From Utricularia gibba (Eukaryota > Plantae > Magnoliophyta): a stretch of 64,000 bases of DNA. Made by a program: the position numbers and the translations under genes. The notes below the pieces were generated by a model, which saw nothing but the letters and a program-made list of their open reading frames with translations, was not told the DNA's origin and searched no databases. This document shows positions 53,760 to 64,000 of this stretch, in pieces (within the stretch, counting starts at the first letter, position 1; each line of letters begins with the position of its first letter). The DNA lies in contig NEEC01000012.1 in the NCBI GenBank assembly GCA_002189035.1, positions 3,224,001 through 3,288,000 of the forward strand, in the 5' to 3' direction.

Positions 53760-54962
53760 ATGTATAGACAGTCTCCCAGTCGAAGCAGTCAAAGATCCAA
53801 GCGGATCAAAGTGAAGCATGTTCTCCAATTTGCATTGTTGCTTGGTGTTGGCTGTTGGTTGTTGTACCAACTGAAGCATTCTCATGATAAGAACATAGAA
53901 CTTGAAAAGAATGAAGCGAAAGGTATACCCGAAAGTTTACATGGCATTGAACTTCCAAAACTTGGAAGGAAGGGGATACAGGATATACCTGAGGAAACAT
54001 TGTCCAGGAATGCAAAGTATCAGGGATTAGTGAATGAAGAGGAAGATGAACAAGAAAATAAAATTGAAGAAAGCGAATCAAAATCAGAGACTCTGTCAAA
54101 AGCAGAGTATGGCGGGGAAGGAGATGGAGTTGATGAACTTGAGGAGAATGACCAAGAGGGAACTGATGCAGACTATGAGGAATTGCCTGGTGATGAGAAG
54201 GATAAAGAAGTGGATGATGAGAATGAAGCAGATGCTGATGAGTCAGCACGTGATAAAACAGGGGCGGGAAGCTCAGCGGAAGAGACAGATCAGGAAGGAG
54301 ATAACGTGAGCATCCCAGAAGCACGGGAGACACAATACAATGCGGATGATGCCTCTAGTGCTGTGGCTCATGATTCTCAAATAAGAAATTTCGAAAATGC
54401 AGAGGGCCAATTTGATCAGTTTAAAACTCACAATAACTCCTTGGAAGCCACCAAAAATGACACCAGAAAAGACTTGGAGGTGGTAGTTGATGAAGTGGCT
54501 GGAGAACACCTACTAAATGTGGTGAATGAGTCAGGTGGAGGTATTACAGAGAGTTCTGCAAATGGGTCGTCTGGCAATAGCACAACTGAGATAGCAACTG
54601 AGAGCAAAAGCCTATCATTAAACAGTACTGTGCATGAAGACAATGCTGAGGCAGTTCCTCCCGGGATTAAATCTGAAAACGGCTCCATTTTATCTGCTGT
54701 TACCTCAGACCAGTTAGATACCTCAAATCCACCAAATTCTGCTAATAAAACCACAGATGCCGAACTTCCAAATGAACCAGCGTCAGAAGAAAACATGGTG
54801 AGGTCTGGGGCATCCGGTGATGCAGAAGTTGATTCTATTGATGGCTCAAGCATTAAACTGGAATCAACATCAAATTATGAACTTCAAGAAATTCTACGTG
54901 AAGCCGTCGATACCCTTCCAGACATACAAAATAATGGAGCCGAAGGTGCTGCTGCAGAATGA
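53760..54962 (+). CDS. Uncharacterised plant type II membrane protein with a long acidic disordered tail
   Basis: MYRQSPSRSSQRSKRIKVKHVLQFALLLGVGCWLLYQLKHSHDK (recalled plant family N-terminus with a single TM), internal YNADDASSAV motif, intronless CDS, spliced 5' UTR (acceptors at about 53279 and 53707). Confidence 0.8.
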   Translation: MYRQSPSRSSQRSKRIKVKHVLQFALLLGVGCWLLYQLKHSHDKNIELEKNEAKGIPESLHGIELPKLGRKGIQDIPEETLSRNAKYQGLVNEEEDEQENKIEESESKSETLSKAEYGGEGDGVDELEENDQEGTDADYEELPGDEKDKEVDDENEADADESARDKTGAGSSAEETDQEGDNVSIPEARETQYNADDASSAVAHDSQIRNFENAEGQFDQFKTHNNSLEATKNDTRKDLEVVVDEVAGEHLLNVVNESGGGITESSANGSSGNSTTEIATESKSLSLNSTVHEDNAEAVPPGIKSENGSILSAVTSDQLDTSNPPNSANKTTDAELPNEPASEENMVRSGASGDAEVDSIDGSSIKLESTSNYELQEILREAVDTLPDIQNNGAEGAAAE

Positions 54963-55665
54963 AGCGAGTCTTTGGTATGTGATATTTCTTATATACATTC
55001 TAGAACTCTGTGCTGCTAAAATTCTGGTAAGCTAAGCATTAGTGAAATATGTGATTTCGCTATATGTGTTACTTACATGTAACTTCTGGTTAGAAACAAC
55101 ATTTTCTTCCCTGTTGACTTAGATATAATTCAGACCAAGAATTTAGCCCTGCCTTCATATCTCGTGATTCCAAAGATTGTAGGAAACCGAGTGGCTACAA
55201 GAATTTGTCCTTGCAGCTCATCCACTACACATTGAAATATTTGTAAGAATGATGAATTTACACAAACTGTGTGTACATTGAAACACATGTTAGTTGAAGT
55301 TACTGACTGACTTTATGCTACTTTAGTTAGGCATATGAATTTTGAACCTAAAATCAACAAATCCATCATGGAAATCCCTAACTGGGAACATGGATTGGGG
55401 ATACTTGGAATTAGATTGGGGACGTCGTCGTTTTGTGCTTTCAGATCATTTTCGCAGCCTACGTGGATGACAGAAGAACCTGCTCTGCTAACGAAAGCCG
55501 AGGTGCTTTCTAACATAACACAACTCGGAAGCGTTGGCAGATCTTCGGGTGACGTCAGTTGTTAACTTTTCCGGGAATCAATACATTCTTCCTCGTTCAA
55601 TTGCTGAACTCAGCGTCTTGTTCCGCTTAGCTTTTGAGCATTTTGTTTTTCTGGGCGTTGGGGAA

Positions 55666-55680
55666 TTAGGGTTAGGGTTT
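55666..55680. promoter_or_regulatory. Telo-box / short telomere-like repeat upstream of the TRB CDS
   Basis: TTAGGGTTAGGGTTT (telo-box TTAGGGTTT at 55672-55680). Confidence 0.7.
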
Positions 55681-55921
55681 CGGATTTCGCTGGTGCTGCA
55701 TTCTCAGTTAATTCGGAAGATTTGGTATGATTCATGATCTGTTTTCATTAATCATATGATCTTTTTTGTCCGCTCGCTGTTTTGGAATCTGCATCTTGTT
55801 TTCTCCTGTTGGTTTCTACGGGAGTTCATCTCTGTAATTAGGTGCCGTGCCAATTGTTGGTTTCTTGGATCTTTATGGTCCAGGTGGTCTGTTGCTGGTT
55901 TATGTCTGTGGGTGATTGGTA

Positions 55922-57851
55922 ATGGGGGCACCCAAACAGAAGTGGACTCCAGAGGAAGAAGCAGCACTTAAAGCTGGAGTCCTTAAGCATGGACCTGGGA
56001 AATGGCGCACGATTCTGAAAGATCCGCAATTTAGTGGAGTTCTGTATCTGCGATCTAATGTTGATCTGAAGGTAGAATCTTTTTGAATTTGGTGATGTGC
56101 TCGCTTTGATTACCATTGTTTCAATAGTGCACTGGTCTTAGGACAAGTGGAGGAACATGAGTGTAATGGCAAATGGCTGGGGCTCACGCGAGAGGGCCAG
56201 GTTAGCATTGAAAAGGATGCATCCAGCCCCTAAGCAGGGTGAAAGCTCTGCTGCTCTATCAGCCATAAGCCAAAGTGATGATGACATGGTTGATACGAGG
56301 ACCCATGGTTCTTCAGGGGGCTCTCCACCCACTGATGTTCCAAAGAGGTCCATTATGAGGTTAGATACTTTATGCGGGTTGTGTTTAAGTCAGTGCCCTT
56401 GTTCTGTTATGTTACTATTAATGAAAAAAATGATGAAATCGTGTGAAATTTTGCTTTTTTAAAATCTAAAACTACCCCCGACGTTTGGTTAGCCTTTTGA
56501 AAATTTTTTTTTTTGTACTTTTGGTTTGAGTATAGACATGAAAAAAGCTGTAATGCTTTTGTAGCAAATTCTTAAACTTCGAACTCCCTGAATTCAGTTT
56601 TCTTAATTGCGTGACTGTCAATGTTTTTTTTTTGTAGACTTGATAATCTCGTTATGGAGGCTATTAACAACTTAAGGGAGCCTGGTGGTTCTAACAAGAC
56701 ATCCATAGCTGCGTATATTGAGGTTATTTTATTTCATGTTTGTTCAAGAATATGGAAATGTTAGTAGATGATGCTTTCCCGTGTAGATTTGGAAGGCGTG
56801 TGCTTTCTTTTATTTATCCATTCAGTAAGTAAAATCCAGAACACAGCACTTCGCACGTACCTTCAAGTGTATGAATCAGCGAAAAACTGGTATCCAGATG
56901 CCATTTTCTATTGTGTTGGATATCTCCATATTGCACACATGGCACTCACGTGACTAAAAATTTTAGCTAGTGCTCTTCCTTTCAAACCAATATGATTTTA
57001 GTATCTTCCTTTGGCTTCACAGCTCTCCCTGTTGTACAGGATCAATACTTGGCTCCTCCAAATTTTAAGAGAATATTGTCTGCAAAACTGAGACACCTAT
57101 CTCTGACCGGGAAACTTATTAAGGTTTTCTTATCATCATATCTCATTGTTATGATGTAGCTGAATTTGGACCTGGTAGAATAAATTTTTTTTTTTTTTCA
57201 GATGAAACGCAAGTATAAAATTGCTACAGTCTCCACATCATCTGACAGAAAAAGAAATCCGTCAATTCCTGTGGAAGGGAAACAAAGGACCTCTCCGAGA
57301 ATTGCTGCCCTTGATGAAGATAGCTGTATCACAAAATCACTGATTGATCTAGATTTGGCCAAAATGAGAACCATGACTCCGGAAGAAGCTGCAGCCGCTG
57401 CAGCACAGGCTGTTGCTGAAGCAGAAGCTGCCATTGCTGAAGCTGAAGAGGCTGCTCGAGAGGCTGAAGCAGCAGAAGCGGAAGCTGAAGCAGCACAGGC
57501 TTTTGCAGAGGCAGCACTGAAGACCCTGAAAACCAAGACCAGCCCTAAGATGGTAAGATACTGGTGGCTTGCTTCATTCCTTTGCCATTCACCAACATAT
57601 TAGTCTTCTCCTCCATTATTTTTCGGAAAGTGGAATAAACATCTCCCTCACCTGTAATTTACTGCTCATCAACTATAACAACGCAGATGTAGTGGTCATT
57701 TATCATCATAACATGATCTTGGATCCCCTTAGCCCTGGATTCCGATTGCACATGCATATCACACTAGGAAGTATTTGCCTGTATGCATTCATGCACTTCA
57801 CTTCCTTCATCTGTCTCATCTCCACAGGCTTCTCCAGTGATCCAGGCATAG
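55922..57851 (+). CDS. TRB1: Telomere repeat-binding factor (single Myb histone family), 6 exons
   Basis: Myb [34 protein letters not shown]...SNVDLKDKWRNM; H1/H5 [22 protein letters not shown]; coiled coil [18 protein letters not shown]. The last exon (57828-57851) is tentative. Confidence 0.92.
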
Positions 57852-58474
57852 CAGCCGGCACACGCGCTATGGATGTAAATAGAGTAGATGTGGATCTTAA
57901 AGCGAAGCCTTGAGCAGGGTCTGTATGTTGCTTCAAGCGATGTTTTGCAGTGTGAAATGAAGCAAATAAACCGCAGCCCTCTTGAAGAATGACTCGTTTT
58001 AGCAGTTGGAATGCGAGTCTCCTCCATTGCAGTACCTGGTTTCTGTGTAATAGCTGCTGTCAATGTCCCTAGATTTTCTTCTTGGTCTGTAAAATTTGTG
58101 TTCAAGAAGAGCAGGTCATGGTACAGCATGACAGCTTACTGTGCAGTATGGTGTAAAATGCAGGGATACAAGTATGATAGTGGACTGATACCATGACTAT
58201 TTTTGTACATTCAAAGCTTATAGACCAACTGATCAAGATAGTTACTATATGGTTATGCTTCTTGAAAAGTATATTGATAATTGTTCCAAATAATCAAAAA
58301 AATTATGAATTGTTTGTATAAATAATTTGTAACTTGAACGATTTGATTGCGATTTAAGTCAGTATTGAATTATTCATTTTTTGAAAAGAAATCTTTTTAT
58401 ATTTTATTTATAAAAAATATCAAATTTTTACAATTTAAAAAATTGATTTAAAACGGATGTTTATCTGTAACCGC

Positions 58475-58549
58475 TGGGCCCATAGTCTCATAAAAGGCCG
58501 TTTCGGGCTTAAAGATCGTTGCCGACCCGAAGAGCGAAAGGCCGGCCCA
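58475..58549. promoter_or_regulatory. Site II motifs in the MEE13-like promoter
   Basis: TGGGCCCA at 58475-58482; GGCCCA at 58544-58549. Confidence 0.55.
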
Positions 58550-58878
58550 ACTTCTGGCGTTGAAACTGAAAGAAGTTCCGTTGGTTATCCGTCTGCAACT
58601 GGAAATTGAACAATCCACCGACAGAGGCAGGTATGCTGATGTTGATGAAAATTCAAGTATTTGTCATAGAAATTCGCGGCTTCCATTGAGCTGGGAGCTT
58701 GACAAGCTTTTCCTGGGATATGCGAAAATCACAGGTGCAATTGGTTATTGGTGTGTTTTTTGCTTATTTGTGTTTCATGCAAGTTATGAAAACCTTATTT
58801 ATTTTCTCTTACTGATTCCTTTTCTGAAATCCGGAACAGAAACGGCTTAAATTTCGTTTTTTTTCTTGTTTTTCAGCT

Positions 58879-61800
58879 ATGGATGAAGAGCTGGGGGATA
58901 AAGAGTCGCTGGTTGCTCGCATACGGCAGCTGGAGCGTGGTATGGATTAGCATGAAGTTTAGTTGTTGAATCGCAGAAATCGCACCATGGCTGCATTGGT
59001 TTTATGGGTGGAAATATATTGAACTTTAACTAATGTTATGGTATGTAAGCTTTTAACTATTTTTTTTTGTAGAGCGTAATGAGTTACAGAAAGATATTGA
59101 ACAGCTGTGTATGCAACATGCTGGACCTTCCTACAAGGGGGCGGAATCTAGAATGCACTTCCAAAGGTCAATGGATTCTTCTACATTGATGGCTTATCTT
59201 TGGTAGTGTGTGCAAATTTTTTGGATATACGGATTTGGTAATTGATATACATATATATTTTTGTCTCAGGACGGCTATATTGGAACAGGAGATTGAAGAC
59301 TTGAAAAAGGAGTTCACAATTTGTAAAAGAGAGAACCAAAATCTTCAGGAGGAACTTTCTGAGGCTTATCGCATAAAAGTGAGCTTTTTCACATTCAGTT
59401 TATGTGCTCTGCTGTATTTTTTTATAAAAAACCCATCTTATCTTATTTTTTGCTGTTTTCAGAGCCAACTGGCAGATCTGCATAGTGCAGAAGTACTGAA
59501 GGTGCGCTTTAGCGTTTTGTGTTTTTTTTTTTCCCTTGCTTGCATTGCTGGAATCATTATTCATATCTCATGGTGTGGACCATTTAGGGAGTAAAAATCT
59601 CTAGTTTTTTCGTATGGTCATCCATTTTATCCTGATTTTTACGTATGCACCTGTTTCCAGAATACTGAAGCTGAAAAACAACTTCGATTTTTCCAAGGTT
59701 GTGTTGCTGCTGCATTTTCTGAACGAGATAATGCAATCATGGAGGTCTCTTTCTTTCTCCCCATGATCTTTATTGTCCCATTCTACTTTCAGCTTTGAAA
59801 ACTAAGAATGGGTGGATAGTTTTTCCTAAACTTTTTTTTTTCCTATGCATGTTGATGCAGGCTGAAAAAGCCAAGGAAAAATTGGAGCTCATTCCACAAG
59901 AGTTGATAAAATTTCAAAAAAGGTTTTGATATGTGTAGTGCAGGGAGCGTTTGGGATTGCTTATTGATTGTATTCTGAGAGGAAGATTTTTCATGCTTAT
60001 AGTGTTTGGGATCAGTTGCAAACACTGGCTGCACATATTTGTGTATTATGGGAGCATTGCGAGATATGATTTTGCATAGTAGTTTTCAAGCTATATATAA
60101 ACAGTCTGCTGAGCAATGTGGTGGTACACATTCTGTGCATTTATGCGTGTACACTTGGTACTTTTTTCATGTTAGGCACTTTATGATATTGAAGCGATAT
60201 GTCCTGAACCTCTGATTTTGTTAGTATACTCCTTCTCTAGCAATACATGTTGTTTGATATGATTCTTGTCTGTATTTTTTGTATGCTTTTTTTGCTACAT
60301 AGTTAGCACGCCAGACTAAAATGCGAATATGCTTTCTTTTCACACCTCAGGGTTGAAGAACTTCAAGATGAGCTTCTTGTAGAGAAGAGCCAGACAGAGA
60401 CTCTCCGCACTGATTTAGGAATGCACGAAAGACAAAACAAGATCTTCAAAGAGGTCATGTGGTTTATTTAGTGTTTGATTACTCATGTCTGAACACTTGA
60501 AGAGATGGGCGTTTTTCAGTTTTTATTAAATTGTCAGCAAGCCACCTTGAATATTAATTTTTTATGCAATACTTACTGTCCGCCAACTCTCCTTCTTCAA
60601 TGAATCTGATTGAAATTGATGATGCAAAGTTTACTTGTCTGTGTTTTTTCCTGATTTTTTCACGTGCAACAGGTGGTTGATAAATTCTACCATATAAGGC
60701 AGTGCGCATTGGACTACTTTTCTAACGTAAACATGGATGAAAAATGTGAATGTCTTTTAAATGATTCAAGTGAAATGTGGAGGTTTCAGGATGATCAAGA
60801 TACTGCATCTGCAAACTATATCGTAAGTTATAATTGTGTAGATTCTGGGTTTATTGTAGTTTTTACGTGGCTCTAATGACCCTGGGGATGCTTTACTGAT
60901 TAACTTCTCTTCAGACAGAATTCTCTTGAGGTGGAGATTGAGACCATGAGAAACAATGTTGATAATTTGCAAAGGAGGCTTCATGTGGTCAGCTATTTCT
61001 TTTATTGCTGCTTTCGTTTTCTGTTTAACCATTCCTTTTGAATATTGTTGCCGTGGTAAGTAGGGAATGGAGATTGAAACTCATTTGAAGAAGAAAGTTC
61101 GTGATTTAGAGAGAATGAATGTAAGATGCTTTTCAAACATATTTTTTTTGTCATATTTTGAGAGTAATCGTTTTAAAACCATTTACTTGCAGATTGCTGC
61201 AAACCAGGAAATAAAGAAGCACATTTCATCTTTACAGTGGCAGCATTCTGAGCACAGGGTTGATATCAAGAATTTGCTTGATCAGTGGAACTTGGAGCTT
61301 GCGTCAATCAATGAATTGATAACTGTGAAAATTGCTCAATTTGTGTCAGCAAGAGAAATCAATATGCATTCTTTACCATTACAAGAAAAAGAATTGCATG
61401 AAACTGAGTGCAGAGAGGTTCATGTCAGTGCTGACTCAGCCCTCTATTTGAGCTCAAAGGCATGTAGTAGCTCGTCTCTTTCAAATTGTAGTCAAGGAAG
61501 TATGCTGTCAATATGCTTTTGATGTTGTTGGGTCATTATTTCCATTGTTATATGTTTTTCTGCCCAGGGTGATGATCCCAGTCTGCAAGATTGTACTTCG
61601 TCCGAAGCTAGTAATCTTTCCAAGGCACTTGCTCTTGCATTGCAAGAGAAGGTGATCTCACGATCTAGCATGTTGATGAGTCTACAAAGCTTGATCGCTG
61701 TTTTTCTCCTTGTGTTCAGGTACAGGCGCTGTTACTTCTTTCACAGCAAGAAGAGCGGCACCTACTGGAAAGGAATGTAAATGCTGCCTTGCAAGAAAAG

Positions 61801-62704
61801 GTTCAGGAATTGCAACGAAATTTGCTTCAGGTAGTTTTTTTTTTTCTTGCATCCTTCTCGCATTTTGAATCTTGGAAATGATCGAAGCATATATCTTGTG
61901 TATAGGTTACGAATGAAAAGGTCAGAGCTCTCATGGAGTTAGCGCAGCTGAAGCAGGAAAAAACTGCTCCGCATGAGTATATATATACCTATGATGCATC
62001 CGTCACTCATATTATGTTTGCCAGCCATTTCCTACATCATGCATATAATAAAATAAAGCTCAAATCTTAACAGAAAGATGGGCGAACAAAGAAGCGCACA
62101 GGAAAAGGAAGGAAGGATCAGAAATCTCCTGAAGGGAGCACATATAGCAGCAAGATGGATAGGAGGTTCAGATCACGAGGAAGGTGATACACATACAGCT
62201 CATCAGAAGTTGATCCGTGGGGCGGACTATGCAAGGTATGTATTATTGCTTTTTACCAAATCCCATCTTCAACTTTGAAACGAGTTTGTTTTTGACTTAC
62301 GAGTAGGATGAAGCTTGAAAATGCCACACTCAAGGAGAGCGTGGAGAGCATGGAGCACCTTGTCTCTTCTGTCCAAAGACTCCGGCTTTCACTCGAAAAG
62401 GTTATCCCACCTTTCATTTGAACTCAAACGAATAACCCATGACTGGTTGTCTCAGTTGCAGATCAAGGATTCAGGTAGTGGGATCATTAGTTCCCAATGC
62501 ATGTCGTTGGGTCAGATCATCGCAGAAGCAAAACTGATCAAGACCGCACTGAGTAGTTCGTGGCAAGGAAGCAACGAGAGGATGGACTGCGTCTCTGCTG
62601 CAGGACTCGAAATGGTGGAGCTCCTCATCATTGCAGCCCAGTTTCTTAGACAGGAGAGTCAGTCTTCTTCGTCTTCAGCTCCCATGGGGCTAGCTACTGG
62701 CTAG
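58879..62704 (+). CDS. MEE13: Myosin heavy chain-related coiled-coil protein (MEE13/At2g14680-like), multi-exon
   Basis: ERNELQKDIEQLCMQ..G, RMHFQRTA.LEQEIE, LQEELSEAYRIKSQLADLH, EAEKQLRFFQGCVAAAFSERD, ALQEKV.ALLLLSQQEERHLLE; stop at 62702-62704. Confidence 0.85.
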
Positions 62705-63201
62705 GGCTCATTAAGAGTAAGTTCAACGGCGTGTTCAGTTTCAGCCTTTTTAATAGAATTACCTATCTGTATCATCATTATATGTCAATAGTCAAGTTCA
62801 ATAGCGTTATTAGCAAAAAAACACATGCTGAAACTGAAGCCTTGTTCTACATATCAGATTCACACATGATGAAGATGTTCAGTAGCATGCATATAACTGG
62901 AGACCTAGAGCTTAACTCACCGATCGAAATTCAAACACTTTGCTTGCAAACATGAGTCCAGGTTCATATTTTCTTGAGTTCTAGTCTTGTGACTTGTGAA
63001 ACACAACTTGATTCAGCCCCTTCAAGTACACCAGCCGAGCATGTACATGCCTTTTACTGTTCTATTCACTCGAGCCCTTCATCCATCTCAACTCTTTCAT
63101 AAACCATGCATACTTCCATGAAATCATTCACTAACGGCAAAACTCGTTAGCTCTGTTCAGAACTCGCATCAAGGCTAAGAAACTACACTTCTGCTCAGAG
63201 G

Positions 63202-64000
63202 CTAAAACTCATCTGGTTTCAAATGGTATGTGACGAGTTGAGCCAAGATGTCAACCCAAGTATCAGGGACGCCAGGAAGGCACCAATGCATGCAATCTTG
63301 GCCCCATACCGCCACAGCATCCTTCTTCCCTAGCCAAATGGCAGGGTGCGCATCGGCTCTGAACTCACTTAGATGAGTCAGGTCCATTGGCATGATGCTG
63401 GTGCCCTGTAATGCCTCGTCGATGATACGATTGAGCTTTCTTGCTTCTTTGTTCACTCCATTGTTAACAGGATCAAACCATGAATCGAGCTGGGGAACAA
63501 TGAGTAGAAGCAGTGAGTGTCGTGGGAATGGCTGGTTCTGAGTATGTGTTATGTACCTGCGATTCCTGAAGAGGATCATGAAACAAGCAGCTTCCGTTCT
63601 GATTCCACTCACCCCCATAGAAGTGTCTTGGGACTGCATTCTCCAGAGCTTTATTGTGGTGCTGGGAACAACATTTTCAATGTAAGCTACCATTTTCTCA
63701 AGGACCACGTTGAACCCATCCATCATTTGCAATGGCGGATGGATTGGTCGACCGTGCTCGAAAAATACAAGAGGTGTCTCATTTGGGAACTTATCATATC
63801 CCCACCTGGAACACGAAAGAACATACATAAAATTTAATGAGAAAGACAAGTTACATCCATTTGGGATTAAGGAGGGAAGAGAAGAGGGAATCACCAGTGG
63901 CCAGTGTTGAAGATCAAAACATGGTAAAAGTCAGCAATATTAGACCAATCGTCTGCAGGAATATCCACATCAACTCGGTACACTCCCTTGGTAGCTTTCT
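63202..64000 (-). CDS. TBL13: Trichome birefringence-like O-acetyltransferase (TBL13-like); last three exons, 5' part outside the window
   Basis: YRVDVDIPADDW, VLIFNTGHWW, SPRHFYGGEWNQNGSC (one C missing at 63630-63632), LSEFRADAHP, QDCMHWCLPGVPDTWVDIL (DxxH motif). Confidence 0.88.

Overview
Gene-dense plant (angiosperm, probably eudicot) nuclear DNA with short introns and AT-rich intergenic spacers. No rRNA, tRNA or CRISPR features were seen. Gene order: two tandem WSD1-like wax ester synthase/DGAT genes (-); a PMEI-PME pectin methylesterase (+) interrupted in exon 1 by a very young Ty1/Copia LTR retrotransposon (8216-13560; 390-bp LTRs differing at 1 base; TCTCC target-site duplication); CBL4/SOS3-like (-); NILR1-like LRR-RLK (+); PIP5K4/5-like (+); PABN (-); mitochondrial-type PPR (+); TAF1 (-); MDP-1-like phosphatase (+); KEA3 (+); histone H3.1 (-); an uncharacterised acidic type II membrane protein (+); TRB1-like (+); MEE13-like coiled-coil protein (+); TBL13-like (-, runs off the window). 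The most notable signal is the Copia element. Its primer-binding site is an 18-nt complement of the tRNA-Trp 3' end rather than the usual initiator tRNA-Met, and its LTR carries clustered site II and MSA-core (cell-proliferation) motifs. At least 13 single-base deletions in short homopolymers break otherwise conserved reading frames across the window. This points to uncorrected long-read errors rather than pseudogenes, so the retroelement may be fully intact. Exon coordinates were derived by eye; homologue names and tRNA sequences are recalled, not searched.
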